DNA of 64,000 nucleotides from an uncultured cyanobacterium (lineage in GTDB: Bacteria; Cyanobacteriota; Cyanobacteriia; Cyanobacteriales; CAWUOF01), in the NCBI GenBank assembly GCA_963744145.1, contig CAVUSO010000001.1, positions 4,864,001 to 4,928,000 of the forward strand, given 5' to 3'. Every line of letters begins with the position of its first letter. Positions within the stretch are counted from its first letter, which is position 1. The position numbers were made by a program, and so were the translations under genes. The notes beneath the pieces are model-generated. The model saw only the letters and a list, made by a program, of their open reading frames with translations, made no database searches and was not told where the DNA came from. Of the stretch, positions 21,339-32,451 are shown piece by piece.

Positions 21339-22298
21339 TTATGGTGAATTGGGATGAAAAGCAGTTTGGAAGTCCATATGTTTTAATGCCCACTGCCAAA
21401 TATTATAACCGCGAGAAGTAAGATGAATGCCATCTGTAGTTAAATCTGGACGTAAATTCCCATCCCGATCGCTTAAATAGGAATAAAGATCCAAATAGGT
21501 AACATTTTCTGTCCGAGCAATCCTGGCAATTTGTTGATTCAGAGCGCGAATTCTGCGGTTAGAGATAGCACTAAAATTAGTTGGCATAATTGATTGAACT
21601 ATGATAGTTGCTTCGGGGTGATAGTAACGTAAATCTTGCATAATTTCGCGGAGGTTATAGAGAATATGCTGATCGCTCATCCCACGACGAATATCGTTAA
21701 TCCCAGCCATAAGATAAATGTGATCTGGTCGAGTTTGATCTAGCGCAGACAAACGGTTTAAAATCCCATCAGTAGTATCTCCAGAAATTCCTTGATTTAG
21801 CCATAATTGACCCCCTGGAAGTGCCTGGGGAGGAAACCATAAACTGAGAGAATCACCAATTAAGACCGCCAGACGATTAGATCCTTGTCCAGTCGCGATC
21901 GCTCGAGCTTCCTGTTCTAAAAGCAATTTCCATTCCTGATAAGTCGGTTGATTAATTGCTCCCGACCAATCATCAAAAAAACTATCTGAAGGTAAACGAG
22001 TATAAATTTTTCCAGCTTTAATTGCTGCTAATCGTTGCTGATATAATTGAGATCCAGAAACTGGTTTGAGAGTTGTATTTCTAGAAAAAGCCTGTAAATT
22101 AGAGGTAAGTTTCAGATCTGGCTGATTAAATTCTGGCGGTGTTACTACTAAATGGGGTAAACTTTGATCAATGGTAGATGCTGGGGAATTAACTAATTTA
22201 GATAGCGTCTCCAATGTGGGCTCGAACTGAGGTGGAATTGACACCGAAATTTGTCCCTTAGTTAATAAACTAAGGGTTAATAGACAAGGATCACTCAT
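21339..22298 (-). CDS. SGNH/GDSL-family hydrolase
   Basis: IGDSL, NQGISGDTT, GINDI, TTDGIH. Confidence 0.9.
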   Translation of the reverse strand: MSDPCLLTLSLLTKGQISVSIPPQFEPTLETLSKLVNSPASTIDQSLPHLVVTPPEFNQPDLKLTSNLQAFSRNTTLKPVSGSQLYQQRLAAIKAGKIYTRLPSDSFFDDWSGAINQPTYQEWKLLLEQEARAIATGQGSNRLAVLIGDSLSLWFPPQALPGGQLWLNQGISGDTTDGILNRLSALDQTRPDHIYLMAGINDIRRGMSDQHILYNLREIMQDLRYYHPEATIIVQSIMPTNFSAISNRRIRALNQQIARIARTENVTYLDLYSYLSDRDGNLRPDLTTDGIHLTSRGYNIWQWALKHMDFQTAFHPNSP

Positions 22299-22522
22299 TC
22301 AGCATGACTCCGGAAAACTCTTCCTTACCTTTAACGGACAGAATTGCCAAATTCAGGAAAGTTTATCAATCAGCCACTCAAATTTGTCTATTGTTTGACT
22401 TATCCTATTTAATGATTAAATTTTCCTGGATTTAGTCCAGCCTAACTAACAATAGCAGAGATCAGGATGAATAGCTAGAATTCATCCCTTACCGCGATCG
22501 CTGATTTGAGTTGATTTAGAGA

Positions 22523-23104
22523 TTAGCTATGCAACTTTTTGAGAATCGTCGCTAACTTTTTGCCGAGATTTTCTACCGATTCCTGCTTTTGCGGATCTTC
22601 TAACTTACCATGAGCATTAAAAGCTGTCTGAGCATGGGGAATGGCAATCTGATCAGGTAGGACAGTCACCTTAATATTTCCCAGGATCGATCGCAAAGTA
22701 ACCAAACCACGTAAACCTCCTAATCCACCTGGAGAAGTGCTCATCAGTACAGCAACTTTATCAGCAAAACAAGCTAAAGGAGCTTCACCAGGAGCTGGAC
22801 GAGATGCCCAATCAATCGCATTTTTTAAAACTGGTGTCACCGAACTATTATATTCTGGAGAAGCAATTAAAAGACCTTGATGTCCATTCATCAGCTCTTT
22901 CAACTTGAGGACATTAGATGGAAGTCCATCTTTCGCTTCTAAATCTTCATCAAATAGAGGTAGAGGAATATTACGCAGATCTAGATATGTCACCTCAATA
23001 CCTGCTGATCTTGCTCCCCCAGCCGCAATTTGGACGAGCTTTTTGTTATAAGATTCAATGCGTGTGCTACCAGCAAAGGCTAGGATTCGGGGTGGAGTTG
23101 TCAT
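22523..23104 (-). CDS. NADPH-dependent FMN reductase (ChrR/AzoR-like)
   Basis: AGSTRIESYN, SPEYNSS, LKNAIDW, SPGGLGG. Confidence 0.9.
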   Translation of the reverse strand: MTTPPRILAFAGSTRIESYNKKLVQIAAGGARSAGIEVTYLDLRNIPLPLFDEDLEAKDGLPSNVLKLKELMNGHQGLLIASPEYNSSVTPVLKNAIDWASRPAPGEAPLACFADKVAVLMSTSPGGLGGLRGLVTLRSILGNIKVTVLPDQIAIPHAQTAFNAHGKLEDPQKQESVENLGKKLATILKKLHS

Positions 23105-23261
23105 AGGTTCTAGTGCGGAGCAAATTTGTAGGAATAGTTTTCATCAGTATGACACTAATGAGACATATTTTGGTATGGTTTTCCCCACCCAGCGGTATCC
23201 CTAGTCCTCAATCTGATTAGGGACTTATACCCAAACATCTCACTCAATCTAGATGATCATC

Positions 23262-24305
23262 TCAAATTGAAGTAGAATATTTTTTAGCTGATGTAATGAA
23301 GGCATATATATCTTCTACTTTGGTGTTAAAAGCTGTCACTAAACGGATGACGTTTTCACCGTTTTCTGGCCAGTTATAAAATTGAAATCCATCGGCTAAC
23401 AGACCTTGAATTATTTTTTCTGGCAATTGAACAAAAATTTCATTTGCTTCGACAGGATAACAAAGTTTTACCTCTGGTAATGATATTAATCCTGCGGCTA
23501 ATTGGGTGGCCATTTGATTAGCATGACTAGCATTGTTTAGCCATAAATTATCAGTAAGATAAGCTTCTAATTGAGCTGAGAAAAATCGCATTTTGGCAAA
23601 TAAATGTCCACCCCGCTTCCGACGATATTTAACAGTTTCGGTTAACGAACGATCAAAAAATACTATAGCTTCAGCAGCGATCGCCCCATTTTTGCTCGCT
23701 CCAAAAGATAGCACATCCACACCAGCTTTCCAGGTAAGATCTGCCGGAGTACAGCCTAAACTTACCACAGCATTAGCGAAACGAGCGCCATCAAGATGTA
23801 ATTTGAGATGATGAGCATGGGTGAGTTCAGCAATTTGGCGAATTTCTGCTAAGGTATAAACTGTTCCTGCTTCTGTTGCTTGAGTGATAGAAACCGCAGC
23901 TGGTTGAACGTGATGGGGAACACCTGACCCGGCTTGGTTTAACACTTCTGCTAAATCAGTTACTTGAATTTTCTGCTGTTCTCCAGGAATTGATACTAAT
24001 TTAGCCCCACCAGTATAAAATTCTGGGGCACCACATTCATCAAGATTAATATGGGATTTTGCATGACAATAAATGGCACCAAAGGAAGGAGAAATTACCG
24101 ATAAAGCGATCGCATTAGCTGCTGTACCAGTACCAACAGGAAAAACTGTCACCTGAGTTTCAAATAATTCTGATAATTTTGTTTCTAGTCTCTGGGTATA
24201 TTCATCATTACCATAGGGCATAGCTGTCCCATGATTTGCCGCTACTAGTGCAGCGATTATTTCTGGGGATGCTCCAGTCACATTATCACTAGAGAAATTG
24301 ATCAT
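23262..24305 (-). CDS. ltaE: Low-specificity L-threonine aldolase
   Basis: FSSDN, TGTAAN, HINLDECGA, HLDGARFANA, SFGASKNG. Confidence 0.88.
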   Translation of the reverse strand: MINFSSDNVTGASPEIIAALVAANHGTAMPYGNDEYTQRLETKLSELFETQVTVFPVGTGTAANAIALSVISPSFGAIYCHAKSHINLDECGAPEFYTGGAKLVSIPGEQQKIQVTDLAEVLNQAGSGVPHHVQPAAVSITQATEAGTVYTLAEIRQIAELTHAHHLKLHLDGARFANAVVSLGCTPADLTWKAGVDVLSFGASKNGAIAAEAIVFFDRSLTETVKYRRKRGGHLFAKMRFFSAQLEAYLTDNLWLNNASHANQMATQLAAGLISLPEVKLCYPVEANEIFVQLPEKIIQGLLADGFQFYNWPENGENVIRLVTAFNTKVEDIYAFITSAKKYSTSI

Positions 24306-24410
24306 TTGCTGATTATCAAAACCTACAGTTAAAATTATATGACGGAATCATGTAGGATTACTATAGTCATCTATACTTGAGAAATTATTAAACCAAAAGG
24401 AGTTAATCTA

Positions 24411-26081
24411 ATGAAGCAATGGCAACAATTTCTGGGGATATTTTCCTCAAGCAAGTTTCTGATCCTTGTGATAGTTTATACCTTGACAATCGGACTGTCA
24501 AGTTGTCAAGTTGCTTCCCACTCCAACAATACTCAAAATCCGAATAGTCCAGCAAACCCATCCACAGTGCTAGTTTACGGTTCCGGTGGGCAACCAGTCA
24601 ATCTCGAATCGGGCAATGTCGTAGATGGAAATTCTCTAACTGTCCAAGAGCAAATCTATGATCATTTGATTAGATTTAAGCCCGGTACGACGGAAATTGA
24701 ACCAAGTTTAGCTACATCTTGGGATGGTTCTGCTGATAGTAAAGTTTGGACGTTTAAATTACGTCAAGGGGTGAAGTTTCAAGACGGTAGTAATTTTGAT
24801 GCAGCAGCAGTTAAATTTAATGTTGACCGATGGTGGGATGCAACAGATCAGTACGGGTATCGCAATGCTGGGAAAACTTATGAAATTTGGCCAGAATTAT
24901 TTGGTGGTTATAAAGGTGATAAAAAATCTTTAGTTAAAGATGTCATAGTTGTCGATCAATATACTATTCAATTTGTGCTTAATCAATCTTTTGCTGTTTT
25001 TCCAATGGTGATTGGTTCGGGTAACTTTGGCATTGCTAGTCCTACGGCAATTAAACAAGCTGGTGCTAATTACGGAACTGGAAATTCTTTAGCAGTAGGA
25101 ACGGGACCTTTTATATTTAAAGAATGGCGTACTGGCGATCGAATTATTTTAGAAAAAAATCCAAATTATTGGCAAAAAGTCAACTCTCCAATTCAACAAT
25201 TAATCATTCGCTTTATTACCGATCCCGCAGCAAGACTTGCCCAACTCCGAGCTAATCAGATTGATCTGACCGTAGATTTAGCACCAGATCAAATGTCAGA
25301 AATTCAAAGCGATCGCAATTTAGAAGCACTGGCACGTCCTTCTTTGAATGTCGGTTATTTAAGCCTCAATCCTAGTTATAAACCCCTAACAAATATCAAA
25401 ATTAGACAAGCGATCGCCATGGCAATCAATAAAAAAGAGATCGTGAAAGCATTTTGGGGAAAATTAGGAATTAGTGATAGTCATTTTACTCCTCCTTCCT
25501 TAGCTTGGTCACAATCGCCAAAATTAACTGACTACGAATATAATCCCCAGCAAGCTAAACAACTATTAACTGAAGCTGGTTATCCCAATGGATTTGATTT
25601 AGACCTCTGGTATATGCCCGTTTCTCGTCCCTATTTTCCCACTCCCAAACCAATTGCAGAAGCTTTCGCAGCAGATTTAAGCAATATTGGGATTAGAGTT
25701 AAACTAAAAACCAAAGACTGGGCTGCATATTTAAGCGATCGGCAAAAATCACCTGGATATCAATCATTTATGCTAGGTTGGACTGCGGATTATGGAGATC
25801 CTGATAACTTCTATTATGCCCACTTCGGTCCAGGTTCTACCCAAGACTTAGGGGACTGGAAAAATGATCAAGTTATTCAGCTTTTACAGCAAGGAAGAGC
25901 AACAGTAGATCCAGCAATTAGAGCTAAAATTTACAGTGAAATTGACGAAATTCTCTTTAAAGAATTAGTCAGAATCCCAATTGTCCATTCCCAACCCCTT
26001 TTAGGAAAACGGAAAAATATTACTGGTTGGATTCCCAGTCCATCAGGTATAGAACCTTTGATCGGAATTGAAAAAAACTAA
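24411..26081 (+). CDS. Peptide ABC transporter substrate-binding lipoprotein (DppA/OppA family)
   Basis: Lipobox LSSC, WTFKLRQGVKFQDG, GTGPF, GWTADYGDPDNF. Confidence 0.9.
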   Translation: MKQWQQFLGIFSSSKFLILVIVYTLTIGLSSCQVASHSNNTQNPNSPANPSTVLVYGSGGQPVNLESGNVVDGNSLTVQEQIYDHLIRFKPGTTEIEPSLATSWDGSADSKVWTFKLRQGVKFQDGSNFDAAAVKFNVDRWWDATDQYGYRNAGKTYEIWPELFGGYKGDKKSLVKDVIVVDQYTIQFVLNQSFAVFPMVIGSGNFGIASPTAIKQAGANYGTGNSLAVGTGPFIFKEWRTGDRIILEKNPNYWQKVNSPIQQLIIRFITDPAARLAQLRANQIDLTVDLAPDQMSEIQSDRNLEALARPSLNVGYLSLNPSYKPLTNIKIRQAIAMAINKKEIVKAFWGKLGISDSHFTPPSLAWSQSPKLTDYEYNPQQAKQLLTEAGYPNGFDLDLWYMPVSRPYFPTPKPIAEAFAADLSNIGIRVKLKTKDWAAYLSDRQKSPGYQSFMLGWTADYGDPDNFYYAHFGPGSTQDLGDWKNDQVIQLLQQGRATVDPAIRAKIYSEIDEILFKELVRIPIVHSQPLLGKRKNITGWIPSPSGIEPLIGIEKN

Positions 26082-26113
26082 CCTACCCACCATCAACCAT
26101 TAATTAAAGAAGA

Positions 26114-27124
26114 ATGTGGAAATATATCACCAAAAGACTACTAACTTTATTACCCGTTCTAATTGGTATTACCCTATTAGTATTCAGCTTTTTGCATCTA
26201 ATTCCTGGAGATCCTGCTGTATTCCTCTTAGGAGAAAGAGCCACTCCAGAACAAACCGAATTTTTAAGAGAGCAACTAGGATTAAATCAACCGCTACCAT
26301 TACAGTATTTGACTTTTCTAAGTAACTTACTACAGGGAAACTTCGGAACTAGCATCATTAGTGGCAAAAGCATTGCTGAAGAAATTAGCTTTCGTTTTCC
26401 CGCTACCTTTGAATTATCAATTGCAGCCATATTAATCGCATTAATCCTAGGAATTCCCGCTGGAATTTTGGCAGCAGTTTGGAAAAATAGCTGGATCGAT
26501 AATTTATTAATGAGCGGCTCTTTAATCGGTGTTTCTCTACCAGTATATTGGCTAGGATTACTCCTGATTTATTTATTTGCAGTTAATTTACAATGGCTTC
26601 CTCCGAGTGGGAGAATTAGTATTGATGTCGGTTTGACTTTTAAATCAATAACTGGGTTTTATTTGCTTGATACCTTAGTAACATTCAACTTCAAAGGATT
26701 CAGTGATGCGATCGCCCATTTAATTTTACCAGCTTGTACATTAGGGACTATTCCCCTCGCGATCATTGCGAGAATTACCCGTAGTGCGATGTTAGAAGTG
26801 CTATCTCAAGACTATATTCGGACAGCTAGAGCCAAAGGACTATCTGAATATATCGTAATTTTCCATCATGCCTTAAAAAACGCTTTTTTACCAATCAGCA
26901 CAATCATTGGATTACAATTTGGTACACTTTTAGGTGGTGCAATTCTGACCGAAACTATTTTTTCATGGCCCGGAATCGGTTCATGGATCTATGAGGGAAT
27001 TTTAGCTAGAGATTATCCAGTCGTTCAAGGTGGAGTAGTTTTTGTATCGACAACTTTTGTAATCATTAATTTACTGGTTGATATTGGTTATGTTTTTATT
27101 GATCCGCGCATTGAGTATAAATAA
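26114..27124 (+). CDS. dppB: Peptide ABC transporter permease (DppB family)
   Basis: PGDPA, QDYIRTARAKGL EAA loop, ETIFSWPGIG, RDYPVVQG. Confidence 0.88.
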   Translation: MWKYITKRLLTLLPVLIGITLLVFSFLHLIPGDPAVFLLGERATPEQTEFLREQLGLNQPLPLQYLTFLSNLLQGNFGTSIISGKSIAEEISFRFPATFELSIAAILIALILGIPAGILAAVWKNSWIDNLLMSGSLIGVSLPVYWLGLLLIYLFAVNLQWLPPSGRISIDVGLTFKSITGFYLLDTLVTFNFKGFSDAIAHLILPACTLGTIPLAIIARITRSAMLEVLSQDYIRTARAKGLSEYIVIFHHALKNAFLPISTIIGLQFGTLLGGAILTETIFSWPGIGSWIYEGILARDYPVVQGGVVFVSTTFVIINLLVDIGYVFIDPRIEYK

Positions 27125-27129
27125 ACTTA

Positions 27130-27376
27130 TACCAATAACCCATGAAATTGCACTTAATCTGAGGTTGATCTGTTAGGCTAGGGCAGGTTTATAATGGTGA
27201 TCTGTTGGTGACAGAATTGATTGGTGAACCTGCCCCTACCAATTTTATCCTCTATTTGCAGGTTTTTGTAGGGGTGGGTTCACCGAGATTTTTGAGATTT
27301 ACCTACTAATCATAAAAACCCACCCTCACCCACAGATCAATCTTATCAACGTATCTTTAAGCGTAAATTGGTATTA
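27130..27376. repeat. Cyanobacterial REP/MITE-like element
   Basis: Ends ATACCAAT...ATTGGTAT, with internal palindromic pairs TAGGGCAGGTT...AACCTGCCCCTAC and GTAGGGGTGGGTT...AACCCACCC. Confidence 0.55.
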
Positions 27377-27686
27377 CTTAATTATAGTTATAAAATAAAA
27401 AACTAGGCTAAATGCCTAGTAATTTTCGGGTGTTTGTTAAATAGGATGTGTTTGAGCTGCTAAGATTAGTTCGGATATCACTTAGCAGTTTTTTGTCGAT
27501 TAGGTGTTTTAGACTAGCTTTATATATAATATTCATTAAATTTATTAATTAATAGATAAAAAAGTAATTCTTCTGAGTATGATAAATTTACTAACCTGAC
27601 TATGCTAAAAGTCATGGTAGGGCCACAAAATACCAAAAATAATCCTTAGAAATACCCTACCAATAAAAAACTGGTCTAGTTTTTCG

Positions 27687-27878
27687 TCACCTTTTTTCTA
27701 AAAACTGTGCAATCCATTGATAAAAAAAAGCCCCTAATGTTAAACCAGCAAGACCAACCAGTCCTAATGGGGGTGGTGCTGGGAGTGGCAATTTTAGCCA
27801 ACTAAAAATAATCCCAATGATCCAACCAGCAAATAGGGAAATTATGACTTCTTTCATAATGTTTTGATTCCATGACAT
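27687..27878 (-). CDS. XapX/DUF1427-family small membrane protein
   Basis: Two hydrophobic helices around LKLPLPAPP. Confidence 0.8.
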   Translation of the reverse strand: MSWNQNIMKEVIISLFAGWIIGIIFSWLKLPLPAPPPLGLVGLAGLTLGAFFYQWIAQFLEKR

Positions 27879-27927
27879 AAGGATATTATTAGTTAATTGA
27901 GGATGTTTAGTTTATTTCCTTGAGCAA

Positions 27928-30900
27928 TCACGTCATAATAATTCGAGAACCTTCTGGAAACTTCTCTATTTTGATTTGCGTTCCTAATTCTTCTCCCAAA
28001 GCTAGAACATGAGTGATTACACCCACTAATTTATCTTGCTGACCCAAAGATTGTAGGATATTTGAGACACTTTGCAGAGTTTCACTATCTAATGTCCCAA
28101 ATCCCTCATCGATAAACAGACTACCTAATTTAGCTCCTCTTGACAGCTTTTCTGAGAGTGCTAAAGCTAGGGATAAAGAAGTAGCAAAGGTTTCACCACC
28201 AGATAGAGTCTGTACCCGTCTTGGTTCACCACCATTCCAGTTATCTTCTACATAATATTCCTTATCGTCATATTTTAAAGCATATCGCTGTTCTGTAAGT
28301 TCTCGCAGAAACACTGTTGCTTGCGCTACTAACTCCTGCTCAAAATGCTTGAGAATATAAGCTTGAAAGCGATCGGATTTTAACTCTTTAGCTAAGATCC
28401 GATAAGTTTCTAAATCTTGTTCTTTGCTGGATAGTTGAGCTTGTAATTTTTGCGAGCGATCGCGATCATCTTTAGCTCTAGTAATCCAAAGTTTTAAATC
28501 GTTGGATTCTTTTTGTGCTTGCTGATATTTTTCTTCAGCAACAGCAACAGCATTTTGATACTGGATAATTATTTCTGCATTTGTACTTTTATCCCCAATT
28601 TCGCTAGTGTTTTGGGTGACAAGAGTTTCTAGTTTAAGTTTTTCATTATCGTGTTGTGTAATTTCCTGCTGCCATTTATTTTGTGATGCTGATGATGCTT
28701 TTCTTTCCTCAAATATTGCTTCTGTAAAATTTTCTGATGACAAACGAGTTTGCCATTCAGTTTCTACTTTTACTTTCTCAGTTGAAGCTAAATTAAAGTC
28801 TTCTCCTGCTTTTAAATTATTTTGATCAGCTTGGCGAAATTGATCACGAGCAGTTTGATAAAGCTGATTTGCTTGCTGAAGACAATCAGCTAAATTGCGT
28901 TTATCTTGCTCTAGCTTTTGGGATAAATTATCATAAGACTCCCCACCAGTAAGTTCTAATAATTTGTCTAATATTTCCTGACGTTGTGTTTTTTGGTGTT
29001 CTACTTCATCGATCGCATCTTGATGCTGGGATTGCATATCTGATAACTTATCTTTAGCAAATTGCAACTTTTGTTCACTTGCTTTTACTTCTCCATCTGC
29101 TTTTTCTTGCTGAATTAAAGCTTCTTTATGTTTACGATCACTTTCCTGTAGTGTTTGCAATTCCTGCTGAAGTTCCTGAACTTCCCATTTATCTATTGTT
29201 AATATAGCAATAATCTGTTGTTTCTCTATCTGAAGATCAGCTTCTTTTTGCGCTAATACTTGGTGGCTTTCATTTTCTTGATTTTTGAGATTATCCCTAT
29301 TTGCTTCAGCTTTAGTTTTGGCTTCAGCATCTTTTTGACGGTTTTTGTCAGCAGTATTAGCGCGTTTTTCCAGTGCTTTAAGATCGGAGGAAGATTCTAG
29401 TTGTGGTAATAAGTGAGCTTCGGGATAAACTCCACCACAAACTGAACAATTATCACCAGGATGTAGGAATGATCGTAAAGCTAACGCATGATTTTGTTTT
29501 CTGCTAGTATCTAATTCAACCTGAGCTTTTTCATACTGTTCTGTAGATTTTTGCCATTTTAAAATAGCAGAATTCAAATCATTTTCAGCGGTGATTAACT
29601 GTTGGGTAATTTTTTGTAACTTAGAACGTTCACTTTCAACTTGCTTGTGAATACCTTCCCATTTAATTAGGAGTGGACTAACTTGATTAAGCTGCTCTAG
29701 TCTGGGGCGATCGGGAGCATATTGAGAAACTTCATTCTTAGCTTTAGTCAAACTCTGATTTTTTTTGTTTAATTCAGTTTCAGCCGTTTTTACAGCTTGA
29801 TTGGATTCAGTGACAAGTTTAACTTTTTCTGCTAATATTTTCTCTAACCGCTCTACTTTATCATTAATTCTGCGTCTCTGCTCTTCATAGATTTTAGCAG
29901 CATTAAGAGCTTCTTCTTGCTGTTTTAGCTGTGGTGCAATTTGATCGTGATTAGCTTGTACTTGACTTAAATTGTCCTCCTGAATTTTCAAAGCTGATTT
30001 TTGAGCAATCAAAGTTTTAGCAGCTTTTTCAACAGCAATTTTGCTATTATTATAACGAGTACGAGCAGAATTTACTGATGTCCAAATAGCTGATAAGCGA
30101 TCGCAAACTCGCGCTTGTTCTAAATTCAGTCTTAACACACTTATGTTTGCAGATTTTTGATTTAATTGCTCAAGTTGCTGTTTCCACTCTGCTAAAGTTT
30201 TCAGACGCTGAAACAATTGATTTTCTGTAGCTAATGCTGTTTGTGCATTCGCTACTGCTTTACTTAAGTGAGGTAATTCTTGTTCGAGCAAATTAGAGCG
30301 ATCGCATCGAGAATTAAATTCTATATCTGAGATCACATCAATTATACTTAGCTCATGTTGAATAGCTTTATATTCACCTCCCAGAGAATTAGCTTTATTT
30401 TCAGCTTCTTGACGCATAGCTGGAAAGATTTTTTCATATCCAGCTAATTGACTTAATATCTTCCGGCGATCGACACCTTTACCTTTAAGGAACTCATCAA
30501 ACTGTCCTTGAGGTAAGAGGATAACCTTGGTAAAAGTCTCAAAATTCATCCTCAAAATATTCTCAATAGTCGCATTAATATCTGCTTCCTTCTGTTCTCC
30601 TAAAGTTTGCCAATCATCTTGAATCCGCTTTTCTAACTTGAAGTTATTCTGGGTTGTTTTAGTCCGGTATAACCACGATCGTAAAACTTGATACTCAATC
30701 TCATCTACCAAAAAACGTAACGATACCTGTAATTTTGAACTACCCTGACTCAATAATTCCTTGGGTTGCGTTTTACCACTAAATCTTGCTACCTTTCCAT
30801 AAAGTGCCAAAGTCATAGCATCAAGCAAAGATGATTTACCCGCACCAGTTGGACCAGTAATTGCAAATAACTCCAGTTTCTCAAAATTAATCTTGGTTTG

Positions 30901-30948
30901 ATTGCGAAAACTGGTAAAACCTTCTAGATTCAGTTCAAGTGGTCGCAT
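27928..30948 (-). CDS. sbcC: SbcC / Rad50-family SMC-like ATPase
   Basis: GPTGAGKSS, LPQGQFD Q-loop, long coiled coil with CSVC zinc hook, TLSGGE, FIDEGFGTLD, VITH. Confidence 0.95.
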   Translation of the reverse strand: MRPLELNLEGFTSFRNQTKINFEKLELFAITGPTGAGKSSLLDAMTLALYGKVARFSGKTQPKELLSQGSSKLQVSLRFLVDEIEYQVLRSWLYRTKTTQNNFKLEKRIQDDWQTLGEQKEADINATIENILRMNFETFTKVILLPQGQFDEFLKGKGVDRRKILSQLAGYEKIFPAMRQEAENKANSLGGEYKAIQHELSIIDVISDIEFNSRCDRSNLLEQELPHLSKAVANAQTALATENQLFQRLKTLAEWKQQLEQLNQKSANISVLRLNLEQARVCDRLSAIWTSVNSARTRYNNSKIAVEKAAKTLIAQKSALKIQEDNLSQVQANHDQIAPQLKQQEEALNAAKIYEEQRRRINDKVERLEKILAEKVKLVTESNQAVKTAETELNKKNQSLTKAKNEVSQYAPDRPRLEQLNQVSPLLIKWEGIHKQVESERSKLQKITQQLITAENDLNSAILKWQKSTEQYEKAQVELDTSRKQNHALALRSFLHPGDNCSVCGGVYPEAHLLPQLESSSDLKALEKRANTADKNRQKDAEAKTKAEANRDNLKNQENESHQVLAQKEADLQIEKQQIIAILTIDKWEVQELQQELQTLQESDRKHKEALIQQEKADGEVKASEQKLQFAKDKLSDMQSQHQDAIDEVEHQKTQRQEILDKLLELTGGESYDNLSQKLEQDKRNLADCLQQANQLYQTARDQFRQADQNNLKAGEDFNLASTEKVKVETEWQTRLSSENFTEAIFEERKASSASQNKWQQEITQHDNEKLKLETLVTQNTSEIGDKSTNAEIIIQYQNAVAVAEEKYQQAQKESNDLKLWITRAKDDRDRSQKLQAQLSSKEQDLETYRILAKELKSDRFQAYILKHFEQELVAQATVFLRELTEQRYALKYDDKEYYVEDNWNGGEPRRVQTLSGGETFATSLSLALALSEKLSRGAKLGSLFIDEGFGTLDSETLQSVSNILQSLGQQDKLVGVITHVLALGEELGTQIKIEKFPEGSRIIMT

Positions 30949-32116
30949 CTTGATTTTCCTTCATTTCATTGTATAGTTCTGCAAACTTCGTTACAACAGC
31001 AGGAGTTGGTGTTGTGTTTAATTCTTCTTGAAAATAGCGTTTAAATTCTTCTACTGGATCAAACTCCTCCCAATGCACAGATTTTTCTGGATTTGACTTA
31101 AATTCTGGATAACGCGGCTCAATTTGCAGCACTTTATCACCACAAATTTTGCGAATTTTGTCAGCTAATCCCATTTGAGGTGATTGCAGATTGATAATTA
31201 CCTTGAGATAACCAGAATAATCACGAAGAGGTTCTAGCTTTTCTTCATAATTGCTCAATTCACATTTAACGATCTGCAAAGGTTTTTGACAGGGAATAGG
31301 TTTAAACTCTGGTTTTTTTGCCGGAGAACCTGGTTCAACATCAATTAAATAAAACCCCTTATCTTCTCCGGATTCATCAAAGTCTATTTGAATCAAAGAA
31401 CCGGAATAGTAAGCAGGAGCAGCAACAGGAATTTGTTGAGGTTTATGGATATGCCCAAGAGCAATATACTGAGCTTCAGCAGGTAAACTTTGTCCAGCTA
31501 ATGCGTAGTTTTCTTGGCTGTGATGACGAGCTTCTGAATTGGCTAATCTAGCACCATTAATAGTAAGGTGAGCCATGAGGATATTTACACCGTCATCTTG
31601 AAAACCAGTGGCTAAGTCTTTGAGCAAGTAGCTTACTCTGTCTCTGTAGTGGTTGATTTGCTGTAATTCGTCCATTCTCCACAAATTCTCAACTGTAAAC
31701 AGTCGTCGTTCTGAAGCAAAAGGCATAGCTGCTACTAACAGTTTACCATTAGGCGTTTCAAGGGTGATTAAACCCCCTTGGTTAACCCGACGAGGTTTCC
31801 CTAAAATCTGCACACCAGCTAAAGATAAAAGATGAGCTATCCCATCAAAACGGACAGCAGAATCGTGATTACCAGCGATCGCTATAGCAGGAATTTTAGC
31901 AATTTGCAACCCTTCAAAAAATTTATAAGCTACTCTCTCAGCATCTGCGATCGGATTAGCAGTTTCAAAAATATCACCTGCAATTAACACCGCATCAACT
32001 TCTAATTCTTTAGCTTGTCGTAAAAGTTCCTTGAGCGCAAATTCAATTTCTGAGGTGCGCTCCTTACCTTTGAGATTACGTCCTAAATGCCAGTCAGATG
32101 TATGAATTAAACGCAC
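30935..32116 (-). CDS. sbcD: SbcD / Mre11-family nuclease
   Basis: HTSDWHLG, AGDIFE, AGNHD, LGHIHKPQ. GTG start with a GGAGG RBS; overlaps sbcC by 14 bp. Confidence 0.95.
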   Translation of the reverse strand: MRLIHTSDWHLGRNLKGKERTSEIEFALKELLRQAKELEVDAVLIAGDIFETANPIADAERVAYKFFEGLQIAKIPAIAIAGNHDSAVRFDGIAHLLSLAGVQILGKPRRVNQGGLITLETPNGKLLVAAMPFASERRLFTVENLWRMDELQQINHYRDRVSYLLKDLATGFQDDGVNILMAHLTINGARLANSEARHHSQENYALAGQSLPAEAQYIALGHIHKPQQIPVAAPAYYSGSLIQIDFDESGEDKGFYLIDVEPGSPAKKPEFKPIPCQKPLQIVKCELSNYEEKLEPLRDYSGYLKVIINLQSPQMGLADKIRKICGDKVLQIEPRYPEFKSNPEKSVHWEEFDPVEEFKRYFQEELNTTPTPAVVTKFAELYNEMKENQDATT

Positions 32117-32226
32117 GATTCCTCCTAAAAACGGTCAAGATCAGCTTCAATGCTGGCAATTTCTGCTTGGCTCAAAAACACTTCTTCTTTGCGTGTAGTA
32201 TATGCAGGGAAAGGGAAATTAACTAA
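32099..32226. repeat. 128-bp direct repeat, copy 1 (herA 3' end + spacer + first sbcD codons)
   Basis: Matches 44044-44171 with 4 mismatches by manual comparison; encodes LVNFPFPAYTTRKEEVFLSQAEIASIEADLDRF*. Confidence 0.95.
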
Positions 32227-32451
32227 TACCAGGTTCATAAATTGACAATACAGATCATACAGCCTATGACCTAATTTATGAAGTCCTGCACTGTGTGACC
32301 TCGGTTGGTCGGGCGGGTTCACTCATATAATCGGTGAGTGGCAAAATTGATCGGTGAACTCGCCCTTACAAATTCTGGTTGATTGTGAGCATAAATTCAC
32401 ATATTATACCTTTTTATGAGCTAACTTGATCTTGAATGTCAGATTTTTTAG

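Noticed and set aside
32125..32322. 65-aa ORF as an independent gene
   Set aside because: It is the duplicated herA 3' end fused to repeat-derived sequence.
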